Positions 32,056-44,810 of a stretch of DNA of 64,000 nt are shown in pieces. Source of the DNA: Epithemia pelagica (lineage: Eukaryota; Protista; Bacillariophyta); assembly GCA_946965045.2 (NCBI GenBank), contig OX337240.1, forward strand, positions 1,178,001 to 1,242,000, written 5' to 3'. Positions within the stretch are counted from its first letter, which is position 1. Every line of letters starts with the position of its first letter. Made by a program: the position numbers and the translations under genes. The notes below the pieces were generated by a model. It was not told the origin of the DNA. It saw only the letters and a program-made list of their open reading frames with translations, and ran no database searches.

Positions 32056-33733
32056 GACGAGATACCCATTACCTCCGTCTTGCACATTGTGACACCACAA
32101 AAAGAAGATCTTCCTTCCGGTATTTGGCCGGCCTTTCGCATGATGGTACGAACGTCCCGTGTGTCGTTTTCACTGCTGCAACCTCATGACCAAGACGACT
32201 CAACTCCTTTGCTATTTTTGTGTACATTGTCTTGTTTCTCATGGACAGGATGAAGATAGTTCATTTCGAGATCCTCGATTGGGGGCTACCACCACGGAGG
32301 GTATCACACCAGCGCCCTTTTTCAGCGACTCCACAACGCCCACAGTTTCGACTGCTGCAACAGAGTTTGTGTCTCATTTGAAGAAGCTGCATCCTCATTT
32401 TGCCACAGAGTTTGACAAGTCATCGCTGTTGCAAGTGGGCCAAGAACAAGATGCACGACGATCCTTTGCTCCCAGTATGGATGACGACCAAACACAAGAA
32501 CGCATGCTTCCATTGGCGTTGCGTGCGCATCGTCACATGATTCGGGTGCGTGAAATGGACAAGATTATGATGAATGCGCAACGACAGGGGCGCACTTCAT
32601 TTTACATGACTTGTAAGTGTATTCTGGAAGAACCAGTAATGTGTTGAACATGTCGCGGTTTCCAGTGGTTGACTCATTGGCCTTGCTTTGTCTTGTTGGC
32701 TCAAAAGGCACTGGTGAAGAGGCTATTCATATGGGATCTGCTTCCGCGTTGGACTTACAAGACCATGTTTTGGCCCAGTATCGAGAACAGGGAGTTCTCA
32801 TGTGGCGAGGCTTTTCCTTGGAACAGTTCACGAATCAGTGTTTCTCAAACGATAAGGATCTTGGCAAAGCACGACAAATGCCAGTCCACTACGGAAGGTT
32901 CGTCTAATGACGCATGTGTTTCAAATAGGGGACTCTTTATCGTTTGGGTGCCGTTCTCATCTTGTTTGTTCTCCATTTATTCTACCCTTCCTTTGCTCAG
33001 TCGGGCCTTGAACTACCACACAGTCTCCAGTCCACTCGGAACGCAAATTCCTCAAGCAGTGGGTGCGGCGTACCGTCTCAAACAGGAGAAAAAGGACAAG
33101 GTGGTCATGTGCTATTTCGGAGATGGAGCATCCTCAACGACAGATTTTCATTCGGGTATGAATTTTGCAGCCACTCTCAAAGCCCCCGTCATTTTCTTTT
33201 GTCGTAACAATGGCTACGCGATTTCCACGCCCGTCAAGGACCAATATGCCAGTGATGGCGTTGTGGCGCGAGGTCCCGGGTATGGCATGGCCTCCATTCG
33301 TGTGGATGGAAACGACGTCTTTGCCGTCCACGCTGCAGTCCGAGCGGCTCGTGAATACACCCTCAAGAACGATGGAGCTCCAGTTTTGATTGAAGCCATG
33401 ACGTATCGCCTTGGACACCACAGCACATCGGATGACTCCTCACGGTACCGTGACTCCGCGGAGGTGGAGCGGTGTTCAACTTCCCATGACCCTATTTCGA
33501 GACTGGAAAACTTTTTGATTCACAATGGCTGGCTCACCCAACCACAAGTGGAAGAAATGAAGGACAAGGAACGAAAGGCGGTTTTGAAAGCCATGGAAAA
33601 AGCAGAAAGGCGTCCAAAACCGGATCTCCAACACCTCTTTTCAGATGTTTACAAAGAGCTCCCTCCACACTTGGAGGACCAACGCGACCAACTTCTGCAG
33701 CATGTGAAAAAGTATCCTGAACGTTATGCATGA
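31504..33733 (+). CDS. BCKDHA: Branched-chain 2-oxoacid dehydrogenase E1 alpha subunit, 4 exons
   Basis: Exons 31504-32145, 32249-32612, 32708-32897 and 33001-33733 splice in phase. Motifs [51 protein letters not shown] and [13 protein letters not shown]. Confidence 0.95.
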
Positions 33734-34110
33734 TCGTCTCCGTCCAGGGAAAGAAGGACAGATTCATACAAAATAGAAATTCCGTTCTGTTGAAGAGTGC
33801 GGACAAGCTAGCTTTGATAACCATATGAACTTTTGATCATTTAGAGATGTTTACTCTATTACACTAAAAAAAAACAGACATCAACTCCCGGCACTTTTCA
33901 TCAGCACCATTTTAGACACCCATCATATCTCCATGAAAACAACAAAATACGACTTTGAAAGGCCAATTTTCGAATTTCAGGGAGCCAATGCGCACTGTGG
34001 CTCAATCTTCCACGATATTGGAGCAACGGTCACGAATTGATCGAAACTTCGACCTTGGCGAGTTCTTCCATTGAAACTTTTTTGCAGTCTAATGTCGAAA
34101 CTGCCCATGA

Positions 34111-37100
34111 CTACCGCCAGTTCTGTTCTATGACGTTAATGACGTCTTCCCTAAGCCTGTCATAGAATGCCTTGGATAAATGATCCTCCGACTCAAGACG
34201 TTTCGTTTTTGTCAGGAGGCGACGAGAATCAGGTTCAGCGTCATCTGTTGTCTGGCATGTTTCAAAGTCCTCGTCCCTGTAGCAGCAAGACGTGCAACAG
34301 AAACAGTAGGTTGCTGGCGGGTAACCGAGACAATCGGCGAACAAAAATGCCAGTCCATCACTGCTACGAAGCTCACATATTTCAAATGGGACGTCGCCTT
34401 CAAAGTTGTTGAAGTTCAGCCCAAGGGACATGAGTGACTCGAGGTTCGCTAACGTTGAAGGGATGGGCCCAGTAAAGTTGTTGTCTTGTAACCAAACAGC
34501 CCTCAACACTGTCTTGTTGTTGAAAATGTCCGGATTGATGGTTCCTGATAACTTGTTCTCCTCAATTAACAAATTTGTTAACATGGGCATGTCAACAAGT
34601 CCTGTTGGTAGCTCACCCTCTAGGCTGTTTGTTTGGAGTTCAACCTTTGTAGCATTCACCCAGCGAATGTTGGGAATCGACCCGGTCAACTGGTTTCTCT
34701 GAACACGAAACTGTTGAATTCTTCTTAGATTCGAAAAGGATGAGGGGATTGGTCCTGTTAGCTTATTATCAAATAGCCAAACAGACTCGAGCTGTGACAG
34801 CGCCCCGTACTCGGTAGGAATGGGGCCAATAAAGCCAACCAAGTCCCGATGGAATCGGATAGATTTTAGGCGACTTTCAACATTCAACTTTGGTAGAGCC
34901 CCGCCAAATCTGTTTCCAAAAATCCATAGCCTTTCCAGTCTTGCAGCCAAACCGTTTGCGTTGAGGTCCGGAATTGTTCCGGACAAGTTACTGTCGGCGA
35001 GAGCAATTCCGCGAAGACTTGGTTGAGCCCATAACTCTTCAGGAATTGTTCCACTCATTCGACTTGAATTTAGTAGGACAAAGTTTTGCATTTCCGAGCC
35101 AGTGAGGCCGTCAGGACGAAAGTTAAAAAGCTCGGGGGAAATGGTTCCAGTGATCTCCGAATTCCATGATAGGGTTAAATCCACGAGACAAGGAAACTGG
35201 TTGACCACAACTGATAGAGGGCCAGACAACCCAAATCCAATTAGTTGCAACAAAAGAATGGCTCTGTTGCTGCAGACAAAATAACGACTTTCTGGGGGGA
35301 ATGAATACCAGGAGCATGTGACTCCTGGCCAATCACAATGATGGTTGTTAGAGAGCCACCGGGCAGTATCAGGGACATGTTTGTAAGTTACATAGCTCCG
35401 GTCGTTGGCGGTCTGCTCGAATTCAAAAAACGTGCAGGAGTCCGATTGCCCGGAGGAGTAGTCGGGAGGGTTACAGCTGACCCATGGCTTCGTACCATGC
35501 GAAGAACTTGAAAAGTAGAACCACGCGAGAATAAATCTTTCGTAGTCCCACGGATATTCAGATCCGGGGATGGAAGAATTCCTGAACCTGTCACTGTTGG
35601 CGTACCAGTCAATGGCCATATCGAACGCGATGGGAGCGTGATCGATGGTTGTTTGTGAGATATTCTTCTCATCGAGCCAAGAACGTAGATACATCTCATC
35701 GGATGTAGAGGGGGCCAATGTCGGTGCTTCTGTGGGGATTTGCTGCAGCAAAATCTCTTCACCGGATGCTTCAAGATCCTTCTTGTCCTTTTTTCCAACG
35801 ACAATTCCAACGACAATGGCCACAATACACAAACATGCAAAAACTGAAAGCAAAATGGGAAGCCATACAAAGATTGGTCGAAGTTTTGTGCGTGGTTCAG
35901 AAAATTCTTCGGCTTTTGTTAGTTCTCCCTTCTCTGCGTCCTCATCGACAGAAACGGCAATTGCTATACCCCCTTCTCCCGAGGATGAGGCCTCTGTGTC
36001 GTCCACCTCAGGAACTAAAGGTGAAGTAGATGCTGCAGGGCTGGCGTCCCTCACGCGAATATTATCTTGTTCCTGTCTCTCACCCTCATTCATTTCCAAA
36101 GTTCCGTTTCCAGGCGTTTGATCTGCAGGGCTCTGTCGATTTGGGTCAAAAGGAAGAATTGGTTCCATACCACATTTCCCATCATTCCTGAAGATGCTGG
36201 ATTTGATCATAGCTTGAATCGATGGCGCCATCTTGTCAACGCTAGAACGAACGTTGATACCATAGGTTGCTTGAGGGACTGAATTTGGACTCAAGGACAC
36301 GACTGCGGACTCGACATTTGCGTCTCGTGGAGTCTCTGTCATGGCAGCACCAGATTTTATTCCAGCCGATTTTGGAAAGGTGGCGAATTTGGAACCTGTC
36401 TCATCTGGGTGGGATCGCGCACTTGAATGGGTTGTAGAATTGACTTGCTTGTACGAGGGTTTCCCGTCCTTGTTCACACACTTCTCAGCCGTGTTCGAAA
36501 GTAAACCAGCATTGCCAATTCCTGCAGCGGCAGCTGAAACTGAGAGAGACATTTTCTCCGAGCTTGCTCGATGCCCATCAGTCCCTTGATGGTTCGTCGC
36601 CTTGAAATCTGTCGCTGTTCCAGGTGCTCCTCCTTGTTCCGTCGAAGCACGAGCTCTGTGCTGGGATGAACTGTCCGATGGAACGCTCGGTTCTACAATT
36701 GCCGCTTGGTCTCGAATGGTCCAATCTGTTTTGTCATGACATGCTCCATTGGTGACGTTGCTACTTCTCCTCCTTTGGGTAATATTGTCTGGGGCCTTAC
36801 TGGATATGGCGGTGGTGCCACCACTCCTCTCAGACTTGGACGATTTCAGAGATGATCTTACAGGAGGACCAGGTTCGGGTGGCGCCCGATTAATGAACTT
36901 GTAACCTTCTTTCATGTTTATGACTGCCTCGCCGGACGGTTTCGCGGACTCGGTGTAACAAGGTGTTTTCCTGTGGTCTCGCAAGGACGATTGCCTGGGT
37001 GGGGTAGTTCTGGTAGTCACCGCGAGAGCCACATCCGAGGGTGGTGTCTTTGTTGTTGTTCTTGACACGTTTGGTTCACTCATGAAATTTCTGGGCTCCT

Positions 37101-37719
37101 TGTCGTCGTCTTGTTGTGGCTCTTGAGGAACATTGTGGAGGTATGCCACGGCCCCCGGTCGTTTTGCAGGTTCAATGTTCTTGTACTTGACATCATCTTT
37201 GATTTGTTCCCTCTTTGTTACACCACTTTCAAGAGACTCTGGTCCAGCCTCTACCCGTTTGAGGTCCTTCTTGTTGGTCGACACTATCTGATAGCGTCCT
37301 GTTGTTGTAGTTGCATACTCTCCCGGTTCGGTGCTCCGAACAGCCGACACCCAGGAGACTTGTTGTGGATGCGTATCCGGTGCCGTTGCATCACGAGATC
37401 TTACACTTGAGGGTGGTGGTGTCTTGTCATTTTCATTCCAAACAAGGCTCTTGTGGGTCGTCTGGCCGTTGTTCTTTGGACTTGAGAAATGTGTGGGAGT
37501 GGGGCTTGCTGTCCCTGCCTCAGCTCTGGAACGATCGGCATCAGTAGCAGCAGCCCTATCGTATCCTCCATTGTCAGCAGTATTATCATCATCACCCTTG
37601 AACGATTCTGTATTGTCACCATGGTCGGAACATGACACTTCACTCGTCGAGGCATCGATGAGTCCGCTTTCTTGTGTGGTTCCATTCTCGTTACTAGTGC
37701 TGTCCATCTTTTTTCTCAT
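34111..37719 (-). CDS. Single-pass membrane leucine-rich-repeat protein (diatom-type receptor-like protein)
   Basis: Long disordered N-terminus, TM IFVWLPILLSVFACLCIVAIVVGIVV, PTEAPTLAP linker, Cys cap (HHCDWPGVTC), plant-type LRRs (LxxNxLTGxIP) and a C-terminal ADC...CFCCTSC. Confidence 0.92.
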   Translation of the reverse strand: MRKKMDSTSNENGTTQESGLIDASTSEVSCSDHGDNTESFKGDDDNTADNGGYDRAAATDADRSRAEAGTASPTPTHFSSPKNNGQTTHKSLVWNENDKTPPPSSVRSRDATAPDTHPQQVSWVSAVRSTEPGEYATTTTGRYQIVSTNKKDLKRVEAGPESLESGVTKREQIKDDVKYKNIEPAKRPGAVAYLHNVPQEPQQDDDKEPRNFMSEPNVSRTTTKTPPSDVALAVTTRTTPPRQSSLRDHRKTPCYTESAKPSGEAVINMKEGYKFINRAPPEPGPPVRSSLKSSKSERSGGTTAISSKAPDNITQRRRSSNVTNGACHDKTDWTIRDQAAIVEPSVPSDSSSQHRARASTEQGGAPGTATDFKATNHQGTDGHRASSEKMSLSVSAAAAGIGNAGLLSNTAEKCVNKDGKPSYKQVNSTTHSSARSHPDETGSKFATFPKSAGIKSGAAMTETPRDANVESAVVSLSPNSVPQATYGINVRSSVDKMAPSIQAMIKSSIFRNDGKCGMEPILPFDPNRQSPADQTPGNGTLEMNEGERQEQDNIRVRDASPAASTSPLVPEVDDTEASSSGEGGIAIAVSVDEDAEKGELTKAEEFSEPRTKLRPIFVWLPILLSVFACLCIVAIVVGIVVGKKDKKDLEASGEEILLQQIPTEAPTLAPSTSDEMYLRSWLDEKNISQTTIDHAPIAFDMAIDWYANSDRFRNSSIPGSEYPWDYERFILAWFYFSSSSHGTKPWVSCNPPDYSSGQSDSCTFFEFEQTANDRSYVTYKHVPDTARWLSNNHHCDWPGVTCSWYSFPPESRYFVCSNRAILLLQLIGFGLSGPLSVVVNQFPCLVDLTLSWNSEITGTISPELFNFRPDGLTGSEMQNFVLLNSSRMSGTIPEELWAQPSLRGIALADSNLSGTIPDLNANGLAARLERLWIFGNRFGGALPKLNVESRLKSIRFHRDLVGFIGPIPTEYGALSQLESVWLFDNKLTGPIPSSFSNLRRIQQFRVQRNQLTGSIPNIRWVNATKVELQTNSLEGELPTGLVDMPMLTNLLIEENKLSGTINPDIFNNKTVLRAVWLQDNNFTGPIPSTLANLESLMSLGLNFNNFEGDVPFEICELRSSDGLAFLFADCLGYPPATYCFCCTSCCYRDEDFETCQTTDDAEPDSRRLLTKTKRLESEDHLSKAFYDRLREDVINVIEQNWR

Positions 37720-40449
37720 TCAAATCTCGTGCTCCACTGCCTCGTCGACACCCTTTGTTAGAGGTGCAATGCAAAATGCAAACACAGAGGCTTTCTGCTT
37801 TCTCTGGATTGTTCGAGAGTTTCTCCTTGCTTTTCTTTCGGTCTGCTCCTCTGCACGAGCCATCCATCTCACCTGCGACAGTAGAGCTTCTTCCTGGTAA
37901 AAAGCCCGAATAGATGACTCCCATCTGGCTTTTCGTCGCATACCATGTAACAAGGCACTGTGGACCATCAGTAAGATGGTCGGTAAACGACTTTAGGGGA
38001 GCTTATTGAAGGAACAGCATTACAAATTGCAAACCCCAAATTGCTTCTTGGCTGGTTTGGAATGGAGATTCCGTTGGTGCATTTGCTTCGGACTCCATAT
38101 TGCTTCAAGTGCCGCCGTAGATACCAACAACAATGGCCGTGGTCGAGAACAACACCAGCAAAACGATAACAATCATGGTTGCAGTAGAACGGGAATCCGA
38201 CCTTGGTCGCTCCGAATCTGCTGCAACATTGTTGGATTTGGAAAAGGTGCCTCTCTCTACTTCTTCTTCAATAGACAAGACGGCGGAGACGTTGTCATCG
38301 TGGTCTTTTGTCACCGAATGCTGTCGTTCTTCAGATTCCGAATGTGAGTCTCCCATCTCTACTTCCTCTTGAATAGACATGATTTTTACTTCCTCTTTAA
38401 TTGGCACAACGAGTGAGACGCTGTCATCGTTGTTTTGTCGTTCAACAGATTCAGCGCCCAATTCTCCCATTTCTACTTCCTCTTGAATAGACATGGTTTC
38501 GTGCTGCTCTCCCCCCTTGGACCACCGCCTGTCGACAGACTCATTCGTCCGATGAAAGGATACATGTGTTTCCGGATTGGGATAATTCCTAAACATGCGT
38601 TGACTCCAGTGCTCGTCGTCAACGGATCCTTCTTCTGTTTCCCTCTCTCCTTCTCCGCCAGATGTATGAGGCACTTCTGGGACGATGTTCAACAACTGCG
38701 AATAGCGTTCGAAATTGGTAAAATTTTCGCTGGAAAACTCCCCGGTCGATCTGCCTCCATCATTTGTATTATCGCTTCTTTGTCGTCATCATCTAAAACC
38801 CCTGGTTTCGAAGCAAGTTTCAAAGCCGTGACAAAATCTGGATCGCTGATGGGTGGAGGTTCATTAGCATCTGTTCCGAAATCGCCAGACGTTGGCTCCG
38901 CCATACTATCTATCGAACCATGTTCAGAGAAAGAAGCACTGGTGCTTCTAGAAGCACTGGTGCTTCTAGTCGGCTTTACCATCCATGTTGTGGCTGCGAA
39001 ATCAGGTTCAGTGGCAGTGGTTGAAGGACGTCGTCCACGAATCGGGGTTCCAAACCTTTTGACAGGAGGCAGCACTGCCATGGTTCCAGTCATAGTGTTC
39101 TGGCCAGGATTTGCATCGTTTGAATCTCGGACATCATCAGTATCAAAGGATCCAATATTGCTTATGCTTCCGATTGAAGATGCCCTCGATGTTGCAACTG
39201 TAGCGTTGCGTTCAATTGGATGTCCTTTCACTGTGGTCATGGGGTTTTGTATTCTGTTTGCATGTTCTGAAGCATTATGGTTCTCGGATTCTATGACTTG
39301 GGACGGACGTGCAAAATCTTCTTCTTGGATATCCAGGATACCTTCGCTGCGTGCAAGCTCCAACGCAATCTCAAAATCTGAGGCGTTCCCACTCAAAGCG
39401 TTATCAATACTGTTCTGACAGCTCGAAGAATCCTCAACATTATCTAAGGAAGCATCTCCAACAGATCTACTCGTACTATGTGTAACAGCACCTTCGGTCA
39501 TGCTCGAACGCGCAGTGCGTGCTTCATTATTTCGTGTAGATCCAGATCCAAGGGATGTACTTGTGCTGATTCTCCTAGTTGACGATGATCTCGATGCTAT
39601 AACTGTGAAACTGGGTTCCACAGCTTATGTTTGTTTTCGCAGTCGCTCGTCGGCCTTGTTGTACGCTGAAGGAGTCTTTTCTTGCTCGGAACTATAGATT
39701 CGGGCCCCTGGCAACGACGAGGCTCCACCAAATAAGCGAGATTGTTCACCCTTCCTAGACGTTTCTTGGTCGTCTAGAGCCGTAGAGGCTTGACCGTGAG
39801 AAATTAGAAGAGCCAATGCATAATCTGTCTCTTCCGCAGTGCAAGTATCCATGATATTCTGCTTTGAGTCGCTGCGTAGGGAATCCCTATCGCAATCGGA
39901 TGGGTCCTCGAAAGCACTGTTGTTTCTCTGAATTGTCGATACCATTGATGTTGTCACTGCCGAATTTGGTTCAGTCGCAATCACTAAGGAACGCCGTTTC
40001 GGAATCGGTGTCGCACGTGCAGGATGAACATCAAGATTTGATCGAGAATCGAAGAATACAGGTGTGCCGATGCTCTTCACCGATGATGGCTTCGAGTCTA
40101 ATCCTCCAATATTCGGTTCCGAAGCAACAACAAAGGGCGGAAGTCTCCTCTTGGCCTGGAGATAATTCCTTCTTCTTGATTCTGTGTTTCCGCTTTCCGT
40201 ACTAGCAATTGAGCCAGTATTTGATAATCGACTTCCTCGCTCTAGCTGAAGATCGTAGTGATCTTCTTCTTTCTCTCTGTCATCCTCCAATGCCATACTA
40301 CAAGCAAGCTTCAATGCAAAATCAAAGTCTGAGTTCCGCGAAAGTGACGGTTCAGCAAGATCCTGTTCTACATGCATCGTCCCCGCATAACTGGCAGTAT
40401 CACCGGAGATATCAACAGAAACGGCGCTACCGCTTCTTCTTGTAGATGG

Positions 40450-43270
40450 TGGCATGAACGATGTGACTGTGAAGCTGGGCTCAGTCACAGAAGCCGACTC
40501 TCGCCGTCCTCCAAACGACATAGTTCTTTGACCAGATGACGCTCTGGCTTCACTGTCAGTGGTTTCTGCAAGTTGTTGAAGATCACGAATTGTACCAGCG
40601 TCCAGTGAGGCGGCATCAAGGCTTCCAGTTGATAATGGCCTTGATGTTGTAACGGTGAAACCGGGCTCTACCGCGATACTTGACGAACGCTGTTGACGTT
40701 CACCCAAACGAAATTTCCGCTGTTTGGCTTCTTTCGATGAGCTGTCGTTGTCGACAGTGGCTTCTCTAGTGTTCTGATTCATTGCCGATGAAGCCGTTGA
40801 CTGTTTCTGTAGTCCAGATCCATCTCCTTCGTTATCCGTGTCATCCTCCTCCAGTGCCATACTACAAGCAAGTTTCAACGCAACATCAAAGTCTGAGTTA
40901 GTTCTCAAAGGTGGAAGAGCCTGTTCAATGTCATTGTTTGGAAATCGTCCATTCTCGTCCAGTATCCCGTCTATGGATGCTGCGATGCTGGTTGTTCTTG
41001 TGGACGGTACCATGGATGTTGTGACGGTGAAGCTCGGCTCAGTCACAGAAGCCGACTCTCGCCGTCCTCCAAACGACATAGTTCGTTGACCAGACGAAGC
41101 TCTGGCTTGATTGCCAGTGGTTTCTGCAAGTTGTTGAAGATCACGAATTGTACCAGCGTCCAGTGAGGCGGCATCAAGGCTTCCAGTTGATAATGGCCTT
41201 GATGTTGTAACGGTGAAACCGGGCTCTACCGCGATACTTGACGAACGCTGTTGACGTTCACCCAAACGAAATTTCCGCTGTTTGGCTTCTTTTGATGAGC
41301 TGTCGTTGTCGACAGTGGCTTCTCTAGTGTTCTGATTCATTGCCGATGAAGCCGTTGGCTGTCTCTGTAGTCCAGATCCATCTCCTTCGTTATCCGTGTC
41401 ATCCTCCTCCAGTGCCATACTACAAGCAAGTTTCAACGCAACATCAAAGTCTGAGTTAGTTCTCAAAGGTGGAAGAGCCTGTTCAATGTCACTGTTTGGA
41501 AATCGTCCATTCTCGTCCAGTATCCCGTCTATGGATGCTGCGATGCTGGTTGTTCTTGTGGACGGTGCCATGGATGTTGTGACGGTGAAGCTGGGCTCAG
41601 TCACAGAAGCCGACTCTCGCCGTCCTCCAAACGACATAGTTCGTCGACCAGACGAAGCTCTGGCTTGATTGCCAGTGGTTTCTGTAAGTTGTTGAAGATC
41701 ACGAATTGTACCAGCGTCCAGTGAGGCGGCATCAAGGCTTCCAGTTGATAATGGCCTTGATGTTGTAACGGTGAAACCGGGCTCTACCGCGATACTTGAC
41801 GAACGCTGTTGACGTTCACCCAAACGAAATTTCCGCTGTTTGGCTTCTTTTGATGAGCTGTCGTTGTCGACAGTGGCTTCTCTAGTGTTCTGATTCATTG
41901 CCGATGAAGCCGTTGACTGTTTCTGTAGTCCAGATCCATCTCCTTCGTTATCCGTGTCATCCTCCTCCAGTGCCATACTACAAGCAAGTTTCAACGCAAC
42001 ATCAAAGTCTGAGTTAGTTCTCAAAGGTGGAAGAGCCTGTTCAATGTCATTGTTTGGAAATCGTCCATTCTCGTCCAGTATCCCGTCTATGGATGCTGCG
42101 ATGCTGGTTGTTCTTGTGGACGGTACCATGGATGTTGTGACGGTGAAGCTCGGCTCAGTCACAGAAGCCGACTCTCGCCGTCCTCCAAACGACATAGTTC
42201 GTTGACCAGACGAGGCTCTGGCTTGATTGCCAGTGGTTTCTGCAAGTTGTTGAAGATCACGAATTGTACCAGCGTCCAGTGAGGCGGCATCAAGGCTTCC
42301 AGTTGATAATGGCCTTGATGTTGTAACGGTGAAACCGGGCTCTACCGCGATACTTGACGAACGCTGTTGACGTTCACCCAAACGAAATTTCCGCTGTTTG
42401 GCTTCTTTTGATGAGCTGTCGTTGTCGACAGTGGCTTCTCTAGTGTTCTGATTCATTGCCGATGAAGCCGTTGGCTGTCTCTGTAGTCCAGATCCATCCC
42501 CTCCGTTATCCGTGTCATCTTCCTCCAGTGTCATACTACAAGCAAGTTTCAACGCAACATCAAAGTCTGAGTTAGTTCTCAAAGGGGGAGGAGCCTGTTC
42601 AATGTCACTGTTTGGAAATCGTCCATTCTCGTCCAGTATCCCGTCTATGGATGCTGCGATGCTGGTTGTTCTCGTGGATGGTGCCATTGATGTTGTGACT
42701 GTGAAGCTGGGCTCAGTCACAGAAGCCGACTCTCGCCGTCCTCCAAACGACGTAGTTCTTTGACTAGATGAAGCTCTGGCTTGATTGCCAGTGGTTTCTG
42801 CAAGTTGTTGAAGATCACGAATTGTACCAGCGTCCAGTGAGGCGGCATCAAGGCTTCCAGTTGATAATGGCCTTGATGTTGTAACGGTGAAACCGGGCTC
42901 TACCGCGATACTTGACGAACGCTGTTGACGTTCACCCAAACGAAATTTCCGCTGTTTGGCTTCTTTCGATGAGCTGTCGTTGTCGACAGTGGCTTCTCTA
43001 GTGTTCTGATTCATTGCCAATGAAGCCAGTTGCTGTTTCTGTAGTCCAGAGCCATCTCCTTCGCCTTCCTCCAGCGCCATACTACATGCAAGTTTCAATG
43101 CAACATCAAAGTCTGAGTTAGTGCTCAAAGGTGGTTCAATGTCACTGTTTGGTATTCGTCCAGTGTCGTCCAGTATCTCGTCTATGGATGCTGCGATGCT
43201 GGTGGTTCTGGTGGACGGTGCCATGGATGTTGTAACTGTGAAGCTGGGTTCAGTGACAGTGGAACCTCTG
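40450..43270 (-). repeat. 558-bp (186-aa) coding tandem repeat, ~5 units
   Basis: The anchor GAAGCCGACTCTCGCCGTCCTCC occurs at 40490, 41048, 41606, 42164 and 42722, an exact 558-bp period. Confidence 0.97.
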
Positions 43271-43669
43271 CGTTCCTTTATCGGTGGCTGAAGCGTTTTG
43301 GAGTGGGCGAGACTTTGGGAAAAGTTTTCATTCTCGCAATTTAATTGATCAAATGGAGTAGACGGAGGCACACCCAGGGGGGCATTGGTAATACTCGCCT
43401 TCGCTGATGGTCTCAACGTTGTGACGGTAAAATTGGGTTCCGCAGCAGTACCTGGGATTAATTGTCTTCCCTCCGTCCAAAGAAATCTTTGTTGTTTTTC
43501 TGCCTCTGCTGGTAAGGGAATCTCGGCCGAGGCTTCTTTGTTGCTCTTTCCGTCTACAGACAATCGATTGATATGAGGCAATTCTTCAACCGAATTACCC
43601 TCGCTGGAAAATGTTCTCAATGGCATGCCTTTGTTGGAGTCCTTTCCACGGTTGTTGACGCCACTGACT

Positions 43670-44810
43670 GTCGGTGGAACCGCAAGATCATAGAGAGTAT
43701 CATCGGGCAAGATAACGCTTCTGCTTCGTTGTTTTGCCGATGACATGAATGTTCTTACAGTGGAATTTGGTTCAGAGGCAATCGCTGTTGGTGGAACAAC
43801 AAAATCACAGAGAGATGTTCTCACAGTGGAGTTTGGCTCAGATGCAATCGCTGTGGGTGGAACCACGGAATCACAAAGAGGATCATCGGTAGAGATATCT
43901 CTGCTGCTTCTCCTTTTGGGGGATGACATGGATGTTCTGACTGTGCGGCTAAGTTCAGCACCTTGAGCTCTAGGTGGAACCGCAAGATCATGGAGTGGAT
44001 CATCGGTAGAGAGAGCACTACTGGCCCTTCGTATTGTCGATGTCATGGATGTTCTTACAGTGGCGTTTGGTTGAGATGCAATCGCTGAGGGTGGAACAAC
44101 AAGATAAGCGAGAGGATCATCTGTAGAAAGAGCTCTGCTGCTTCTCCTTTTTGCCGATGACATGGATGTTCTTACAGAGGAGTTTGGTTCAGAGGCAATC
44201 GCTGTTGGTGGAACCACAAAATCAGAGAGAGAATCATCGGTGGACAGAGCTCTGCTGCTTCTCCTTTTTGTCGATGACATGGATGTTCTTACAACAGTGG
44301 AGTTTGGTTGAGATGCAATCGCTGAAGGTGGAACAGCAAGATCAGCGAGAGGATCATCTGTAGAAAGAGCTCTACTACTTCTCCTTTTTGCCGATGACAT
44401 GGATGCTCTTACAGTGGAGTTTGGTTCAGATGAAATCGCTGTCGGCGGAACCACAAAATCAGAGAGAGAATCATCTGTAGAAAGAGCTCTGCTGCTTCTC
44501 CTTTTTGCCGATGACATGGATGTTCTCACAGTGGAGTTTGGTTCAGAGGCAATCGCTGTCGGTGGAACCACAAAATCAGAGAGAGAATCATCTGTAGAAA
44601 GAGCTCTGCTGCTTCTCCTTTTTGCCGATGACATGGATGTTCTCACAGTGGAGTTTGGTTCAGATGAAATCGCTGTCGGTGGAACAGCACGATCAGTGAG
44701 GGGATCATCGGTAAAGACAGCGATAGGATCATCGGTAGAGACAGCACTGCTGTTTCTTCGTAGTGCCGAAGACATGGATGTTGTCACGGTGGAGTTTGGT
44801 TCCATAGCAA
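43670..44810 (-). repeat. ~120-bp (40-aa) coding tandem repeat, ~9 units
   Basis: Repeated AI(A/S)SEPNSTVRTSMSSAKRRSSRALSTDD(S/P)L.D..VPP. Confidence 0.95.
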
